Part shown: in pieces, positions 29,717 through 32,000 of the stretch
How positions within the stretch are numbered: the stretch's first letter is position 1
Layout of the letters: each line of letters begins with the position of its first letter
Source of the DNA: Paramicrosporidium saccamoebae KSL3
Taxonomy: Eukaryota; Fungi; Cryptomycota
DNA: 32,000 bases
Assembly: GCA_002794465.1 (NCBI GenBank)
Contig: MTSL01000117.1
Coordinates: forward strand, 3,135-35,134
Reading direction: 5' to 3'
Program-made: the position numbers and the translations under genes
Notes under the pieces: model-generated
What the model was told of the DNA's origin: nothing
Seen by the model: only the letters and a program-made list of their open reading frames with translations
Database searches by the model: none

Positions 29717-30254
29717 ATGGGCTGTGGTTGTCATTCTCCTTCAGAAGACGTATCTCCCTCGGCCTGCTTTGAATTCCCTAGGGTGGTTATCTCAATTGGG
29801 GTACTTCTGTCAAGTATGTATTTTTCCACTGGTGGACCGCCAATTCTCCCCTAAGTAGCATCCAGCGGTGGCATTGAATCTATAGAATTCGCGACTGCCA
29901 ATGTGGTGCTCTTTGTTTTGTCATTTTTGTTTGAGGGGATGATGAACTTTCGTGCACGGCTCGACAGTCACATCGCCCATACGCAATCCTTCCCGACCGA
30001 CACCAAACGGAGCATGTATCATTCATTCTCTTACTAATTCTAGCGGCCCATTCACCGTATCACAGAATTTTGTGCGATCTGTCCTTCATGCATTCTCCTA
30101 TTATGTAAGCCAGGTTCTCATGATGGTCTTTATGGCATACAACGGCTATTTTTGCGCTAGCCTGGTTCTGGGCCGATTCGCTGGCTACTTTTTCTTTGCC
30201 GTCTTCATGCCAGAGAAGAGCGTGGGAGATCGCCCCAAGTCATGTTGTGGTTAG
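29717..30254 (+). CDS. CTR-family copper transporter (introns 29750-29781, 29855-29885, 30016-30043)
   Basis: Three TM segments with LFEG in TM1, MMVFM (MxxxM) followed by AYN in TM2, GRFAG (GxxxG) in TM3, and C-terminal SCCG. Confidence 0.85.
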
Positions 30255-30325
30255 CCAATAGGATGGGGACCGTAATTAATACTTTATAAACCAGTGCTTT
30301 GCTTGGGTAGATAGCTAATTCTCAG

Positions 30326-30689
30326 ATGCCCGAAGTAACTGTAAATGTAATGGGCTACAGCATGCTATAATTGATAGGCTGCATTCAATGGTGCTGCCGA
30401 GCGTGCAAACAGCTTCACTAAGAAGCCAACTGACAATGAGCTATTGGAACTCTACGGACTCTACAAGCAAGGAACAACTGGAGATGTTAACACTGGTATG
30501 TTCTGCATCTAGCTGCTGAATTATAGAGCGTCCCGGAATGTTTGACTTTAAGGGTCGTGCCAAATGGGATGCCTGGAGCAAGAACAAAGGTAAGCCATTC
30601 ATGGCGAACTAACTTAAGGAATGAGTAACACGGAAGCACAAGAAAAGTATGTATCCCTCGTTGAGAAGCTCGCTACCAGTTATGCCTAA
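30326..30689 (+). CDS. ACB1: Acyl-CoA-binding protein (introns 30335-30377, 30496-30526, 30590-30618)
   Basis: Missing from the ORF track. Spliced [81 protein letters not shown]. Confidence 0.95.
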
Positions 30690-30720
30690 CTTTTCAGGCT
30701 AAATAAAACTTGCCAATTGT

Positions 30721-31047
30721 ATGTGTCGGGGCAGCATGAAAAAGGCATTGGCGGGGACTGCTGGCAAATTCCTCAAAGTCAAGCTATTTCGTGGCTTCAT
30801 CGGCCTCCCCAAGTCGGTGCAAGAGCATGCACATTGCATCGGTTTGACAAAACGGTTTCAAACCGTCTACTTGCAGCCTGAGCCTCACATAGTCGGAAAT
30901 TTGCTAAAGATTAAAGAACTGGTCAAAGTGGAGCTAGTCAATTCCGTGCCACCTCGGCGTATCGGACCGCTCTATCCAAAGGGCTACCACGTCACCAGTA
31001 CCTATCTCCCCACTGGCAGCCTATACCGCTACCGCCCCATCTCATAA
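30721..31047 (+). CDS. MRPL33: Mitochondrial ribosomal protein uL30m (start may be the ATG at 30736)
   Basis: FLKVKLFRGFIGLP...IGLTKRFQTVY...IVGNLLKIKELVKVE fits the uL30 pattern. Confidence 0.8.
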   Translation: MCRGSMKKALAGTAGKFLKVKLFRGFIGLPKSVQEHAHCIGLTKRFQTVYLQPEPHIVGNLLKIKELVKVELVNSVPPRRIGPLYPKGYHVTSTYLPTGSLYRYRPIS

Positions 31048-31077
31048 TAAAGTCGCTGCTAAATTTGGAATTAGCTC

Positions 31078-31540
31078 ATGCCCCGCACGTTCCGCCTAGA
31101 GCGGGACGACCCCTTTGGAAAAACGCAAATGACAAACCAGGAGCTAGTACAAAACAACCAGAAATTGCAGGGACGCGTGCAGAAACTGACTGCAGCATAC
31201 CAGCAGGTGGAGCAACAGAATGTGATACTGAGGGACCGATGCTTGAGATTGCAGAATCGGGTGGATGAACTTAAGGAGTATCTGGCTGCCATCAAGGTTA
31301 TATTTCATCAGAACTAATGCATAGAATGACGTGGGGCAGCGTGTGCCACCGATTAGACTGATTGCCGGGCATTTATTTGAGGTGGCGACGTTTCTGGAGA
31401 CACTGGATAAAAGTATTGATATGGGCACTGGTGCATCGATGAGTACAGGACAGAAGGGATGGACCTTTGCTGTGGAGAGATTATCAGAATCAAAAAGAAC
31501 CAGTCTGGAAGTGATATCAGAGGTTGCTGAAGGTGTTTAA
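31078..31540 (+). CDS. Hypothetical coiled-coil protein, ~144 aa (intron 31297-31324)
   Basis: A 28-nt GTTATA...CTAAT...TAG intron joins ORFs 31078-31317 and 31331-31540 in frame; heptad pattern in exon 1. Confidence 0.65.
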
Positions 31541-31797
31541 CATGAGTACCATAACATTGTAGTTCCTGAAACTGATCTGTCCAAAGTTAAGAAATAATCT
31601 AGTAAATAGCAAAGACGCCGACGCATAAGTGTATAATATATTGACCAGGCTTGAGAATGTCTCACAAGTATCTTTCCTTCACGGCGGTCCGCTATGAGTC
31701 TGGTGATGTTTTCGGATTTCTCCTCGCCTGGTGCAGCCTGATCCCCCATGTCGTCATTGTCGCTCAGGTCACCGCATTCCTCCTTGCTGAAAGCCAT
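31537..31797 (-). CDS. Hypothetical small protein
   Basis: 86-aa ATG ORF starting 27 bp after the previous stop, which is typical spacing here. Its stop overlaps that of the convergent gene. An internal intron cannot be excluded. Confidence 0.35.
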   Translation of the reverse strand: MAFSKEECGDLSDNDDMGDQAAPGEEKSENITRLIADRREGKILVRHSQAWSIYYTLMRRRLCYLLDYFLTLDRSVSGTTMLWYSC

Positions 31798-31824
31798 CGT
31801 CGCCGGCTCCAGGCTGGCACACTA

Positions 31825-32000
31825 TTAGCGGGACAAGTTCTCAACGAAACTGTCAATAGTGCGCTAAAAAAGATTATTAGACAGCCGAGGCCGTTGGGTA
31901 CGAACCGAGATGACTTTGGAATGCCATCTAGCCATGCCCAGTTCATGGGATTTCTGTTGGTTGCCGCCATGATCATGCTCCCGAGGGTACACCCAAGTGT
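31825..32000 (-). CDS. 3' end of a gene entering from the right edge (intron 31864-31901)
   Basis: Open frame from 32000; a 38-nt GTACCC...CTAAT...TTTTTTAG intron; last exon RTIDSFVENLSR*. Confidence 0.55.

Overview
This is eukaryotic, fungal-type DNA from a highly compacted genome, not a prokaryote. About 28 protein-coding genes can be modelled. They are split by roughly 30 tiny GT-AG introns (27-43 nt, one of 82 nt) and often separated by only 30-70 bp. The gene content (SKA1, ZNF207/BuGZ and ZC3H11 beside fungal-type housekeeping genes and a mitochondrial ribosomal protein) suggests an early-diverging fungal lineage such as Rozellomycota/Cryptomycota; this is inference. Housekeeping genes: SHMT, ThrRS, RPS18, Yta7-like AAA, ARL1, RRB1, RNF10/Mag2, signal peptide peptidase, CUL4, BRF-like, RPS8, eIF2B-gamma, CTR copper transporter, ACBP, uL30m. 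The most unusual part is 16.2-22.8 kb, which encodes three related secreted proteins with GPI-like tails built from octapeptide repeats. Between two of them is a 56-67 bp tandem array that starts at one gene's stop codon and is interrupted by a 368-bp element with ~50-bp terminal inverted repeats. Other points: a ~235-bp tandem duplication that separates the overlapping stop codons of CUL4 and the BRF-like gene; a candidate non-AUG mitochondrial extension of ThrRS; and a 10-mer shared by both ribosomal-protein introns. No rRNA, tRNA or CRISPR array could be supported. All gene identities come from motif recognition by eye; no database search was run.
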